A stretch of 64,000 bases of DNA, taken from assembly GCA_027074805.1 (NCBI GenBank), contig JALTCK010000092.1, positions 4,763-68,762 of the forward strand, read 5' to 3'. The notes under the pieces are model-generated. The model saw nothing but the letters and a program-made list of their open reading frames with translations. It had not been told where the DNA came from and made no database searches. Both the position numbers and the translations under genes were made by a program. This DNA comes from Thermococcus sp. Lineage in GTDB: Archaea > Methanobacteriota_B > Thermococci > Thermococcales > Thermococcaceae. Of the stretch, positions 1-9,602 are shown one piece after another. The stretch's first letter is position 1. Each line of letters begins with the position of its first letter.

Positions 1-907
1 GCTGGTTCATCCCTTCGTTGACAAACAGAGCCGTCTTCTTGCCTGCTATCAGTCTGGCAACCTTTCTGATGTCTTCGGAAGGAACACCGCTTACCTTTTC
101 CGCCCATTCTGGTGTGTAGTCCTTAACTGCTTCCTTCAGATCCTTAAAGCCGACCGTTCTCTCCTGGACGAACTCCTTGTCGTAGAGCTCTTCACTAATA
201 ACGACATTCAACATCGCAAGGGCTATTGCCAGGTCGGTTCCGGGGTAGGGCTTGATGTGGAGGGAGGCGTACTTGTGCCCTCTCGTAGAGCGTGGGTCAA
301 TTACCACCATCTCGGCGCCGTTGTCGAGAATGGCTTTCTCAATGTACTGTCCAAAAAAGACGGGAGCCGTTTCGGCTGGATTGTGTCCCCATATCACGAT
401 CAGTTCAGCCTTCTCCACGTCTTCGAATGGATTCGTGGCGGCTGAACTTCCAAAGATGGCTGTTCTGGCCGGGCTGTTGGAGTACTGACAGTATCTCCCT
501 GGAAAGTCGAGGTTATTGGTGCCTAAAGCCTTTGAGAGCTTGTGGACGAGGTAGTTCTCTTCGAAGGTGATTTTTTCACTTGCTAGAAAGGCTATTGCTT
601 CGGGACCGTAGGTCTCCTTTATTTCCTTAATCTTCTCGGCGATTATCCTGTAGGCTTCGTCCCAGCTTATTTCTTTGAATTTTCCCTCTCCTCTCTCCCC
701 AACGCGCTTAAGGGGCTTTTTGAGTCTCTGGGGGCTGTTAATAAACTGGTATGAGGCAACTCCTTTTGGGCAGAGTTTTCCGCGGTTGACGGTTGGATGG
801 TCGTAGTCAAACTCTATCTTTCTGATGTAGCCGTTAACACTGACCGCATAGAAGCGACACCCGACGGAACACCACGGGCACACCACTGGTACTAACTTCT
901 CGGCCAT
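1..907 (-). CDS. fdhA: Formate dehydrogenase alpha-subunit-like molybdopterin oxidoreductase (5' part; runs off window)
   Basis: Manual translation from ATG 907: MAEKLVPVVCPWCSVGCRF...GKLCPKG (4Fe-4S CxxCxxxC...C), RLKKPLKR, ISWDEA, WGHNPAET, VIDPR, PGTDLA; metal ligand Cys140 in RYCQ. Confidence 0.85.
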   Translation of the reverse strand, partial: MAEKLVPVVCPWCSVGCRFYAVSVNGYIRKIEFDYDHPTVNRGKLCPKGVASYQFINSPQRLKKPLKRVGERGEGKFKEISWDEAYRIIAEKIKEIKETYGPEAIAFLASEKITFEENYLVHKLSKALGTNNLDFPGRYCQYSNSPARTAIFGSSAATNPFEDVEKAELIVIWGHNPAETAPVFFGQYIEKAILDNGAEMVVIDPRSTRGHKYASLHIKPYPGTDLAIALAMLNVVISEELYDKEFVQERTVGFKDLKEAVKDYTPEWAEKVSGVPSEDIRKVARLIAGKKTALFVNEGMNQ

Positions 908-923
908 GGTTATCACCCTTTAA

Positions 924-937
924 TGACTGACCGGTCA
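924..937. promoter_or_regulatory. Palindromic operator TGAC-N6-GTCA upstream of fdhA
   Basis: AATGACTGACCGGTCATT at 922-939; same motif recurs at 1627 and 2110. Confidence 0.75.
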
Positions 938-1022
938 TTTAGTTTCCTCACTGAAACCTTAAATAGTTTTCCTCAACCCTCAAAACAAGAGAGTTTACTA
1001 ATAAACGTGAAGTTAAACAGTT

Positions 1023-1616
1023 TTATACGCTAACAGAGAGGCGGAGGTGGTTGAGGACTGCGCCCACGACCTTCTTCAGGTAGTACTCCTGGGAAAAGCC
1101 CAGGCATTCCTTGGCGTGGAGGTAGTGCATGAGCGATGCTATGAAAATTTGAAACGCTATGAGAGCGTCTTCAAACCCCACCTTAACGTAGGCAGTAATT
1201 CTTCTTGCTCCCTCTCTCAAAAGTTCAGAACACGATTGGGAGTATATCTCATTGACACTTTTCATTCTCTCTCTGAGGGAGAGCATATGGAAGAATATCT
1301 GCGCCCTATAGTTCTCAGAGTAAAACTCTAAGAACTCCTTACCAAGCTGGAGGAGGTAGCTCTCTAAGGTTGGAAAACTGACCGTTATGTATGGGTCGTT
1401 CAAGGAAGGCATGGCCATTATTGGCATGGTCTCAAATGTGAGTTCCTTTATCAGGTCGTCTTTACTTTTGAAGTATAGGTAGAACGTCCCCTTTGCTACC
1501 CCTGCTTTTGCAACAATTTCATCTACTGTGGTCTTATCAAATCCTTTCCTTGCAAATAACTCCATTGCAGATGAAACTATCTTTTCTCTTGTTTTTCCGG
1601 GAGACTTTGTGGCCAT
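1023..1616 (-). CDS. TetR/AcrR family transcriptional regulator
   Basis: KGFDKTTVDEIVAKAGVAKGTFYLYFKSKDDL TetR HTH; ATG at 1616 preferred over GTG at 1625. Confidence 0.92.
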   Translation of the reverse strand: MATKSPGKTREKIVSSAMELFARKGFDKTTVDEIVAKAGVAKGTFYLYFKSKDDLIKELTFETMPIMAMPSLNDPYITVSFPTLESYLLQLGKEFLEFYSENYRAQIFFHMLSLRERMKSVNEIYSQSCSELLREGARRITAYVKVGFEDALIAFQIFIASLMHYLHAKECLGFSQEYYLKKVVGAVLNHLRLSVSV

Positions 1617-1626
1617 AATCCTCACT

Positions 1627-1640
1627 TGACTGGGTAGTCA
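1627..1640. promoter_or_regulatory. Palindromic operator TGAC-N6-GTCA upstream of tetR (autoregulation)
   Basis: TGACTGGGTAGTCA, 10 nt before the start codon. Confidence 0.7.
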
Positions 1641-1715
1641 TCTACTCAACAGTTATGTTCACACAAGATTTTAAGCTTTTCTCAGACGAAGTTCAGAAAA
1701 GGGGAGGATAAAGTC

Positions 1716-2099
1716 TCATACCACCGAACCGACGATCTCCTCGTCCACCCTCGCGACCTCTGAGAGCAGCTCACCAAGCTCCCCTGGAACCATCTCAGCG
1801 AAAAGACCCATGTTCATGCCGAAGACGTAAATCCCGTCGGGCATCTCTATGATAGAGAACTTGCAGGGCATCATAGCGGAAATCCAGCGGTTCTCAGGTT
1901 TGTTGATGGCCTTCGTTGCGAAGTCTCTGTTGCAGACCTCGATGATGGCGAACTGAATCCCAACCTTTTCCCGGAAGTTGTACTCCCCGATAACCGTCCA
2001 GCCGACTTCCTCAGTTTTCTTCTTCAGCCTCTCAAGGGTCTCCTCAAAGTCGTATTTGCTCTTGACCCCCTTCACCATCTGCCTCATAATTTCCTCCAT
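1716..2099 (-). CDS. DUF302 domain protein
   Basis: SKYDFEETLERLKK...GW, IIEVCN, MMPCK pattern. Confidence 0.75.
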   Translation of the reverse strand: MEEIMRQMVKGVKSKYDFEETLERLKKKTEEVGWTVIGEYNFREKVGIQFAIIEVCNRDFATKAINKPENRWISAMMPCKFSIIEMPDGIYVFGMNMGLFAEMVPGELGELLSEVARVDEEIVGSVV

Positions 2100-2109
2100 G
2101 GCAGTCACC

Positions 2110-2123
2110 TGACTGACTGGTCA
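2110..2123. promoter_or_regulatory. Palindromic operator TGAC-N6-GTCA between DUF302 gene and hypC paralogue
   Basis: CCTGACTGACTGGTCAGG at 2108-2125, next to TATAAAT at 2134-2140. Confidence 0.75.
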
Positions 2124-2168
2124 GGAAAAGACCTATAAATCTTTTTCTGTTACCTTCGGTTGATAACC

Positions 2169-2426
2169 ATGGCCCTGATGCTCGCTGGAAGGGTCGTCGA
2201 AGTCAAGGGAAACACCGCAGTCGTTGAAGTGGAAGGCCAGCTGAAGGAAGCAAGGCTCGACTTCATCAAAGACGTCAATCCTGGTGATTACGTGACGGTC
2301 TACTACGGCATAGTCCTTGAGAAGGTAAGCGAGGAAGAGGCGAAAGAAACGCTTGAGCACTGCTCTTACCACAGGGGAGCAAAGGTCGAGATGACCTTCT
2401 CCCTGGTTGAAAACCTGAGGTTTTAG
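2169..2426 (+). CDS. Atypical HypC/HupF family protein lacking Cys2 and the conserved His
   Basis: MALMLAGRVVEV...EARLDFIKDVNPGDYVTVYYG aligns by eye with the neighbouring HypC. Confidence 0.8.
   Translation: MALMLAGRVVEVKGNTAVVEVEGQLKEARLDFIKDVNPGDYVTVYYGIVLEKVSEEEAKETLEHCSYHRGAKVEMTFSLVENLRF
2406..2422. promoter_or_regulatory. SurR binding site (GTTn3AACn5GTT) upstream of hypC
   Basis: GTTGAAAACCTGAGGTT exact consensus match, just upstream of a TATA-like CTAAATA. Confidence 0.75.
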
Positions 2427-2470
2427 AAAGGCTAAATAACGGTGTCGGATACTTCTGGACGGTGGGAAAG

Positions 2471-2731
2471 ATGTGTCTCGCGACGGTTGCGAAGGTGCTT
2501 GAGGTGAACCCTGAGAAGGGAACCGCTTGGGTTGACTTCGGGGGAGTTAAGAGGGAGGCGAGGATAGAGCTCATGCCCGACGTTAAAGTTGGAGAATACG
2601 TTCTCATCCACACGGGTTTCATAATAGAACGCGTTGATGAGAAAACCGCAAAGGAGATCTTGGATGCCTGGGACGAGGTCTTCAGGCTGGAAAAAGAAGC
2701 TAGGGCTGGCTACTACTATCCAGGTGATTGA
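2471..2731 (+). CDS. hypC: Hydrogenase maturation chaperone HypC
   Basis: MCLA N-terminus, VGEYVLIHTG. Confidence 0.95.
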   Translation: MCLATVAKVLEVNPEKGTAWVDFGGVKREARIELMPDVKVGEYVLIHTGFIIERVDEKTAKEILDAWDEVFRLEKEARAGYYYPGD

Positions 2732-2732
2732 G

Positions 2733-3842
2733 ATGGGGGCATTGGACGGGTTCAGGGACAGGGAGCTTGCTCAAAAAATTGTGAAGAAAATTCATGAAGA
2801 GGCGAGGGGACTTGATGAGGTTCGCTTCATGCACGTCTGTGGGACTCACGAGGACACCGTTACGAGAACGGGAATTCGCTCGCTCCTTCCGGGGAACGTC
2901 AAGATACTCAGCGGGCCCGGCTGTCCGGTGTGTATTACACCGGTCGAGGACATAGTGAAGATGATGGAGATAATAAGGCAAGCCTATGAGGAAGGCGATA
3001 AGATCATCATGACGACCTTTGGTGACATGTACAAGATTCCAACGCCCCGGGGAAGTTTCGCTGATTTAAAGAGTGAGGGCTACGATATCAGGGTTGTTTA
3101 CTCAATCTACGATACCTACAGGATAGCTAAAGAGAACCCTGAGAGGACAGTGGTTCATTTTAGTCCCGGCTTTGAGACAACAACCGCCCCGGCCGCAGGA
3201 ATGCTCAATGTCGTCGCCCAGGAAGAACTCGAGAACTTCAAGATTTACTCGGTCCACAGGCTCACGCCTCCAGCCGTTGAAGTTCTCATAAAGCAGGGGA
3301 CACGTTTCCACGGGCTGATAGACCCGGGCCACGTTTCCACGATAATAGGCGTTAAAGGATGGAAGCCGATAACCGAGAAATACAGCGTTCCCCAGGTCGT
3401 TGCGGGGTTTGAGCCGGTCGACATGCTCCTCGCAATACTCTACCTGGTCAGGATGGTCAAGACTGGAGAGGCTGAGATAATCAACGAGTACACACGCTCC
3501 GTCAAGTACGAGGGCAATGTGGTTGCACAGAAACTTATAGACAAATTCTTTGAGGTTGTGGATGCCAAGTGGCGTGCCCTTGGCGTCATGCCTAAGAGCG
3601 GTCTCGAGCTTAAGAATGAGTGGAAGGAATTCGAGATAAGAACCTACTACAACCCTGAGGTTCCAAAGCTTCCAGACCTCGAGAAGGGTTGCCTCTGCGG
3701 TGCGATACTTCGCGGACTGGCTCTGCCCCCTCAGTGCCCGCACTTCGGAAAGACCTGCACTCCAAGGCACCCGGTAGGCCCGTGTATGGTGTCCTACGAG
3801 GGGACATGCTCGATATTCTATAAGTACGGGGCATTGTTCTGA
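2733..3842 (+). CDS. hypD: Hydrogenase maturation protein HypD
   Basis: MHVCGTH, GPGCPVC, GFETT, PGHVS, PVGPCMVSYEGTC. Confidence 0.97.
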   Translation: MGALDGFRDRELAQKIVKKIHEEARGLDEVRFMHVCGTHEDTVTRTGIRSLLPGNVKILSGPGCPVCITPVEDIVKMMEIIRQAYEEGDKIIMTTFGDMYKIPTPRGSFADLKSEGYDIRVVYSIYDTYRIAKENPERTVVHFSPGFETTTAPAAGMLNVVAQEELENFKIYSVHRLTPPAVEVLIKQGTRFHGLIDPGHVSTIIGVKGWKPITEKYSVPQVVAGFEPVDMLLAILYLVRMVKTGEAEIINEYTRSVKYEGNVVAQKLIDKFFEVVDAKWRALGVMPKSGLELKNEWKEFEIRTYYNPEVPKLPDLEKGCLCGAILRGLALPPQCPHFGKTCTPRHPVGPCMVSYEGTCSIFYKYGALF

Positions 3843-3850
3843 CACCAAAG

Positions 3851-3877
3851 GTTCAAAACTCCCCGTTCGTTTTCAAC
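3851..3877. promoter_or_regulatory. SurR binding sites upstream of hypF
   Basis: GTTCAAAACTCCCCGTT (3851-3867) plus GTTTTCAAC (3869-3877), upstream of TATAAA at about 3895. Confidence 0.75.
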
Positions 3878-3934
3878 TTTTGGTTTTAAAAAGCTATAAA
3901 GGTCCTAACAACCGAAAGAAAAGCGGTGGGTGTC

Positions 3935-6253
3935 ATGAAAGCGTATCAGCTTCATGTACAGGGGATCGTTCAGGCGGTTGGATTCCGGCCATTCGTTTAC
4001 AGGATCGCTCACGAGCACAATTTGAGGGGGTACGTCAAAAACCTGGGGGATGCTGGGGTTGAGATAGTCGTCGAGGGGCTGGAAAGAGACATAGATGCTT
4101 TTCTGAGGGATCTTAGGTCTAGACACCCCCCTCTTGCGAGGATAGAGAAGATAGAGAAGAAAGAGATACCCCCTCAGGGATTTGACCGCTTCTATATCGA
4201 GAAGAGCTCGAAGGGGGGAAGCGGCGGCGACTCGATAATACCTCCGGACATTGCAATATGCGAGGACTGTCTAAGGGAGCTCTTTGACCCTACCAACAAG
4301 CGCTATATGTATCCATTCATCGTTTGCACCAACTGTGGACCGAGGTTCACAATCATCGAGGACTTGCCATACGACAGGACCAACACAACTATGCGCGACT
4401 TTCCGATGTGTGACTTCTGTGAGAGTGAGTACAAGGATCCTCTGAACAGACGCTACCACGCTGAACCCGTCTGCTGTCCCGTCTGCGGGCCGAGCTACCG
4501 GCTTTACACTAGTGAGGGTGATGAGATAACTGGCGACCCGCTGAGGAAGGCTGCTGAGCTTATAGACAAGGGCTACATCGTGGCCATTAAGGGTATTGGC
4601 GGAATTCATTTGGCCTGCGACGCCACGAGGGAAGATGTTGTTGCCGAGCTGAGAAGGAGAACCTTCAGGCCCCAAAAACCATTCGCGATAATGGCGGATT
4701 CTATTGAGACGGTCAGGAGCTTCGCCCACATGAGCAGGGAAGAGGAGGAAGAGCTAACAAGTTACCGCAGGCCAATAATAACGCTCCGCAAGAAGGAGCC
4801 ATCCCCCTTGCCCGAAAACCTTGCACCCGGACTTCACACAGTAGGTGTGATGCTCCCCTATGCGGGAACGCATTACATACTCTTTCACTGGAGCAAGACG
4901 AAGGTTTATGTGATGACCTCTGCGAACTATCCCGGAATGCCAATGGTGAAGGATAACGATAAGGCCTTCGCGGAGCTGAAGGAAGTAGCTGACTATTTCC
5001 TCCTCCACAACAGGAAGATACTCAACCGCGCGGACGACAGCGTGATTCGCTTCGTTGACGGGAAGAGGGCGGTGATAAGGAGGAGCAGGGGTTTTGTGCC
5101 GTTGCCGATAGAGATTCCCTTTGACTACCGCGGTTTGGCGGTTGGGGCCGAGCTGATGAACGCCTTTGGCGTTGCCAAGAACGGGAAAGTTTATCCAAGT
5201 CAGTACATAGGCAACACGGGAAGGGTGGAGGTTCTCGAGTTCATGCGCGAGGCGATAGGGCACTTCGAGAGGATTCTTCGTGTTAAGAATTTCGACTTAA
5301 TCATAGCCGATCTGCACCCAAGCTACAACACCACAAAGCTCGCCATGGAACTGGCAAACGAGCTGGAGGCTGAGCTTCTCCAGGTTCAGCACCACTATGC
5401 CCACATAGCGAGCGTTCTGGCCGAGAAGAACCTTGAATCAGCCGTTGGAATAGCGGTCGATGGAGTTGGTTACGGAACCGACGGCCACACGTGGGGTGGT
5501 GAGGTGCTCTACCTGAGCTACGAAGATGTTGAAAGGCTTGCTCACATAGACTACTATCCGCTCCCGGGCGGTGATCTGGCGAGTTACTACCCGCTAAGGG
5601 CTCTGATGGGAATCCTGAACAAGGTTTACAGTGTTGAGGAACTTGAGGATGTGATAAGGAAGTGTTGTCCAAAAGCGATTGAAAGCCTCAAGTACGGAAA
5701 AGTAGAATTCAACGTTGTTCTTAATCAGCTCGCCAAGAGTATAAATCTCGCCTACGCCTCCTCCACCGGAAGGGTTCTCGATTCACTTGCCGTTCTGCTC
5801 AACGTTGCCTACAGAAGATACTACGAGGGTGAACCTGCCATGAAGCTGGAGAGTTTTGCGATGAAGGGCAAGAATGATCTCAAGTTTGAGGTGCCGGTTG
5901 AAGGAGAAGTGATAAAGGTTGAAGAACTCTTCGTTCAAGCCTTGGATGTTCTCAACAGGGTATCTCCTGCAGACATAGCCTACTCCGTCCATCTGGCACT
6001 TGCGAGGGCCTTTTCTGAGGTTGCCATTGAAAAGGCCAGGGAGTTCGGTGTGAAGGATGTGGCCATAAGCGGCGGTGTTTCTTACAATGATCTCATTGTG
6101 AAGACCGTAAGGAAGGCCGTTGAAGCCTCTGGGTTGCGGTTCCACACGACGACGGAGGTTCCGCGTGGGGACAACGGGATAAACGTCGGCCAGGCTTTCC
6201 TTGGTGGTCTGTATATTGAGGGCTACCTCAGCAGGGAGGACTTGATGTTGTAA
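3935..6253 (+). CDS. hypF: Carbamoyltransferase HypF
   Basis: Acylphosphatase domain (VQAVGFRPF), Zn fingers CTNCGPRF and CPVCGP, QHHYAH, GDNGINVGQ. Confidence 0.97.
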   Translation: MKAYQLHVQGIVQAVGFRPFVYRIAHEHNLRGYVKNLGDAGVEIVVEGLERDIDAFLRDLRSRHPPLARIEKIEKKEIPPQGFDRFYIEKSSKGGSGGDSIIPPDIAICEDCLRELFDPTNKRYMYPFIVCTNCGPRFTIIEDLPYDRTNTTMRDFPMCDFCESEYKDPLNRRYHAEPVCCPVCGPSYRLYTSEGDEITGDPLRKAAELIDKGYIVAIKGIGGIHLACDATREDVVAELRRRTFRPQKPFAIMADSIETVRSFAHMSREEEEELTSYRRPIITLRKKEPSPLPENLAPGLHTVGVMLPYAGTHYILFHWSKTKVYVMTSANYPGMPMVKDNDKAFAELKEVADYFLLHNRKILNRADDSVIRFVDGKRAVIRRSRGFVPLPIEIPFDYRGLAVGAELMNAFGVAKNGKVYPSQYIGNTGRVEVLEFMREAIGHFERILRVKNFDLIIADLHPSYNTTKLAMELANELEAELLQVQHHYAHIASVLAEKNLESAVGIAVDGVGYGTDGHTWGGEVLYLSYEDVERLAHIDYYPLPGGDLASYYPLRALMGILNKVYSVEELEDVIRKCCPKAIESLKYGKVEFNVVLNQLAKSINLAYASSTGRVLDSLAVLLNVAYRRYYEGEPAMKLESFAMKGKNDLKFEVPVEGEVIKVEELFVQALDVLNRVSPADIAYSVHLALARAFSEVAIEKAREFGVKDVAISGGVSYNDLIVKTVRKAVEASGLRFHTTTEVPRGDNGINVGQAFLGGLYIEGYLSREDLML

Positions 6254-6328
6254 AGATTTAAGTTGTGAAGGGAAGAAGTTTCCATGTGGATGGGATGAGG
6301 AAGGTCATCACGAGGGGTATCAGACTGG

Positions 6329-6646
6329 GTGGGGGAGGACGTCGTGAAAAGAATCAAGAGACTTTTCACCTCGGAGGGAGTTGATAGGGAAACCTATGTC
6401 CGCTTTGTTGAGATCTACGGCACCACAGAGGGGGTATTTCTCGGTAGGGATTTCGTTGAGACAGGCGAAGTGCCCCACAATTTTTTCACTCACTTAAGAA
6501 CAGCCTTTAGTCTCAGGCAGACCGTAGACTACTCATTTGTGGGGGATGTGACTGAAGAGGATGCACGTGAAAATATAGGGAGCGCAGGGGAATTCCTCAA
6601 CTTCACTCTCGATTATCTTTGTGAAAAATGGCTTTTGGAGGGTTGA
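6329..6646 (+). pseudogene. Truncated HEPN-domain protein remnant
   Basis: C-terminal part (GRDFVETGEV...AFSLRQTVDYS...TEEDARE) is HEPN/UPF0332-like; the normal N-terminus is missing. Confidence 0.55.
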
Positions 6647-6648
6647 AG

Positions 6649-7665
6649 ATGGGAGAAAAGATAAAGCTCGAACACGGAGCCGGTGGAGAGATAATGGAGG
6701 AGCTTTTGAGGGACGTGATACTCAAAACGCTGACCCTCAAGAGCGCCGGTGGAATAGGGCTTGACGCTTTAGACGACGGAGCAACGATACCACTAGGCGA
6801 TAAGCACATCGTCTTCACCATAGACGGCCACACGGTCAAGCCCCTGTTCTTCCCTGGCGGAGACATAGGAAGGCTCGCCATAAGCGGAACGGTAAACGAT
6901 TTGGCAGTTATGGGCGCAAAGCCACTCGCTTTAGCCAACTCCATGATAATCGGGGAAGGCTTGGACATGGAAATCCTTGAGAGGGTTCTTCACTCAATGG
7001 ACGAAACCGCTAAAGAAGTCCCGGTTCCCATAGTTACGGGAGATACAAAGGTTGTTGAAGATTCGATAGAGATGTTCGTCATAACGGCTGGAATTGGGGT
7101 TGCTGATAGGCCGGTAAGAGACGCCGGAGCTAAGGTCGGTGATATGGTGCTTGTCAGTGGAAGCATCGGCGATCACGGTATAGCGCTGATGAGCCACAGG
7201 GAGGGCATAGCCTTTGAGACCGAGCTGAAGAGCGATGTTACTCCAATTTGGGAAGTAGTTGAGGCCGTAGCTAAGACAATAGGATGGGAGAAGATACATG
7301 CTATGAAGGATCCCACTAGGGCGGGACTGAGCAACGCGCTCAATGAGATTGCAAGGAAGAGTAACGTTGGAATCCTCGTAAGGGAGGATAGTATACCCGT
7401 GAAGCCCGAGGTCAGAGCGGCTAGCGAGATGCTTGGGATAAGCCCTTATGATGTTGCAAATGAGGGCAAGGTTGTAATGGTCGTTGCCAAAGAATACGCT
7501 GATGTGGCCCTTGAGGCGATGAGAAAAACCGAGAAAGGCCGGGACGCTTCAATAATCGGCGAGGTAATAGGCGAGTACAGAGGAAAGGTCCTCCTAGAGA
7601 CGGGAATTGGTGGAAAACGCTTCATGGAACCCCCTGCCGGAGACCCGGTACCTAGGATATGCTAA
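6649..7665 (+). CDS. hypE: Hydrogenase maturation protein HypE
   Basis: [24 protein letters not shown]-terminal PRIC. Confidence 0.97.
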   Translation: MGEKIKLEHGAGGEIMEELLRDVILKTLTLKSAGGIGLDALDDGATIPLGDKHIVFTIDGHTVKPLFFPGGDIGRLAISGTVNDLAVMGAKPLALANSMIIGEGLDMEILERVLHSMDETAKEVPVPIVTGDTKVVEDSIEMFVITAGIGVADRPVRDAGAKVGDMVLVSGSIGDHGIALMSHREGIAFETELKSDVTPIWEVVEAVAKTIGWEKIHAMKDPTRAGLSNALNEIARKSNVGILVREDSIPVKPEVRAASEMLGISPYDVANEGKVVMVVAKEYADVALEAMRKTEKGRDASIIGEVIGEYRGKVLLETGIGGKRFMEPPAGDPVPRIC

Positions 7666-9602
7666 CGCATCTCAAAGCCTTCCAGTGCTTTTTTCACTTC
7701 TTCCACACTGGCTTCGTCTTCCAGCGTTGAAAGGTCGCCGAGACCCTTTCCGCTTGCGAGAGCCTTCAAAACACGGCGCATTATCTTTCCACTCCGAGTC
7801 TTTGGCAGTTTGTTGACGAAAAATACCTCAACAGGTGAGGCTATCGGTCCGAGGGTTTTCTTAACATAATTTCTGAGCTCCTTCTTCAGACTCTCTCTCG
7901 GGGTACAGTTCTCCTTCAGGATTACGAAGGCCACTGGAACCTCCCCTTTAATCTCGTCGGGCCTGCCCATTACAGCTGCTTCCGCCACTGCTGGATGGAG
8001 GACCAGCGCATGTTCTATCTCGGCCGTCCCAATCCTGTGGCCAGACACGTTGAGAACTTCATCCGCCCTTCCAAATATCCAGAAGTAGCCTTCGTCGTCC
8101 TTCATTGCATAGTCGGCCGGATAGTAAATCCAGATCCCCTTATCTGGCCTGCTGAAGCGCTTCCAGTATGTTCTGATGTAGCGTTCATCATCTCCCCAAA
8201 TTCCAAGGGGCATACCCGGCCAGGGTCTCTTTATAACGAGATAACCCCTTTCATTGGGCTTTGCGGGTTTGCCGTAGTGGTCAAAAACGTCTGCATCAAC
8301 TCCCAATCCCGGGAAGGTTGCAGAGCCGGGCTTGAGGGGCGGTAACTGCATTCCGGCCGATGGGTAAATCATGTATCCACTGGTTTCGGTCTGCCACCAG
8401 GTGTCTATTATCGGACACCTTCCGCCTCCGACAATCTCGTAATACCACTTCCAGGCCCTCGGGTTTATTGGCTCTCCCACGGAGCCGAGGAGCCTTAGGG
8501 TTGAGAGGTCGTGCTTCTTCACCCATTCATCGCCGTAGCGCATGAGCATTCGTATTGCAGTCGGGGCGGTGTAGAATATCGTTACTCCGTATTTCTCTAT
8601 GAGTTCCCAGGGCCTGTCTGGCTTTGGATGGTTGAGTGCCCCTTCATACATCATAACCGTTAGGCCGAGTGTTAACGGTCCGTAGACGAGGTAGCTGTGG
8701 CCGGTAATCCAGCCAACATCTGCCGTATTCCAGAAGAGGTCGCTCTCTTCGATTCCCCACGCCCACTTCATAGTCTTTGCCACGTAAACCAGATAACCTC
8801 CCGTGGAGTGAACTATGCCCTTTGGTTTCCCGGTCGTCCCGCTCGTGTAGAGTATGAAGAGAGGGTGGTTGCTCTCCACGGAGACAGGCTCGATGTACTT
8901 CTCAGCACCCTCAAGGAGGTTGTGCCAGTCGTAGTCCCTTCCCTCAACCATGTTCACTCCGTTTTCTTCCCTCCTGAGAACGACAACGCTCCCAACGCTC
9001 GGTGTCTCTAGTAGGGCATTGTCCACTATTTTTTTGAGGTTTAGGGCCCTGCCACGTCTGTAGAGGTAGTCAGCTGTGATTACAATCTTGGCTTTGGCAT
9101 CGTTTATCCTGGTAGCTAAGGCTTCAGCCGAGAAGCCTGAGAAGACGACGCTGTGAATTGCTCCAATCCTCGCGCTGGCGAGCATCGCTATTACAACCTC
9201 TGGAACGAGGGGCATGTAGATTACCACCCTGTCACCCTTCCCGACGCCCAAGGTCTTCAACGCTGAGGCAAAGCGGTTAACCTCGCGGTATAGTTCGTAA
9301 TAGGTTAAAGTTCTCGTTTCACCGGACTCGTTTTCCCATATTATCGCGGCCCTGTTCCTTTTTCCTGCCTTTATGTGTCTGTCGAGAGCGTTGTAGCTTG
9401 CGTTTAGCTCTCCTCCCACAAACCAGCGAAAGAACGGTGCCTTAGAGTCGTCCAGAACCTTGTCCCAGGTTTTAAACCAATCGAGAATCTTTGCTTGTTC
9501 GGCCCAGAACTCTTCCAGATTTTCGATGGACTTTACATGCTCTTCCCGAAAGGCCTGCAGCGGGATATAGCGTTCCTTCAAAAATCCTTCTCCTACCTGC
9601 AT
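7662..9602 (-). CDS. acs: Acetate--CoA ligase (AMP-forming acetyl-CoA synthetase)
   Basis: [48 protein letters not shown]. Confidence 0.95.
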   Translation of the reverse strand: MQVGEGFLKERYIPLQAFREEHVKSIENLEEFWAEQAKILDWFKTWDKVLDDSKAPFFRWFVGGELNASYNALDRHIKAGKRNRAAIIWENESGETRTLTYYELYREVNRFASALKTLGVGKGDRVVIYMPLVPEVVIAMLASARIGAIHSVVFSGFSAEALATRINDAKAKIVITADYLYRRGRALNLKKIVDNALLETPSVGSVVVLRREENGVNMVEGRDYDWHNLLEGAEKYIEPVSVESNHPLFILYTSGTTGKPKGIVHSTGGYLVYVAKTMKWAWGIEESDLFWNTADVGWITGHSYLVYGPLTLGLTVMMYEGALNHPKPDRPWELIEKYGVTIFYTAPTAIRMLMRYGDEWVKKHDLSTLRLLGSVGEPINPRAWKWYYEIVGGGRCPIIDTWWQTETSGYMIYPSAGMQLPPLKPGSATFPGLGVDADVFDHYGKPAKPNERGYLVIKRPWPGMPLGIWGDDERYIRTYWKRFSRPDKGIWIYYPADYAMKDDEGYFWIFGRADEVLNVSGHRIGTAEIEHALVLHPAVAEAAVMGRPDEIKGEVPVAFVILKENCTPRESLKKELRNYVKKTLGPIASPVEVFFVNKLPKTRSGKIMRRVLKALASGKGLGDLSTLEDEASVEEVKKALEGFEMR

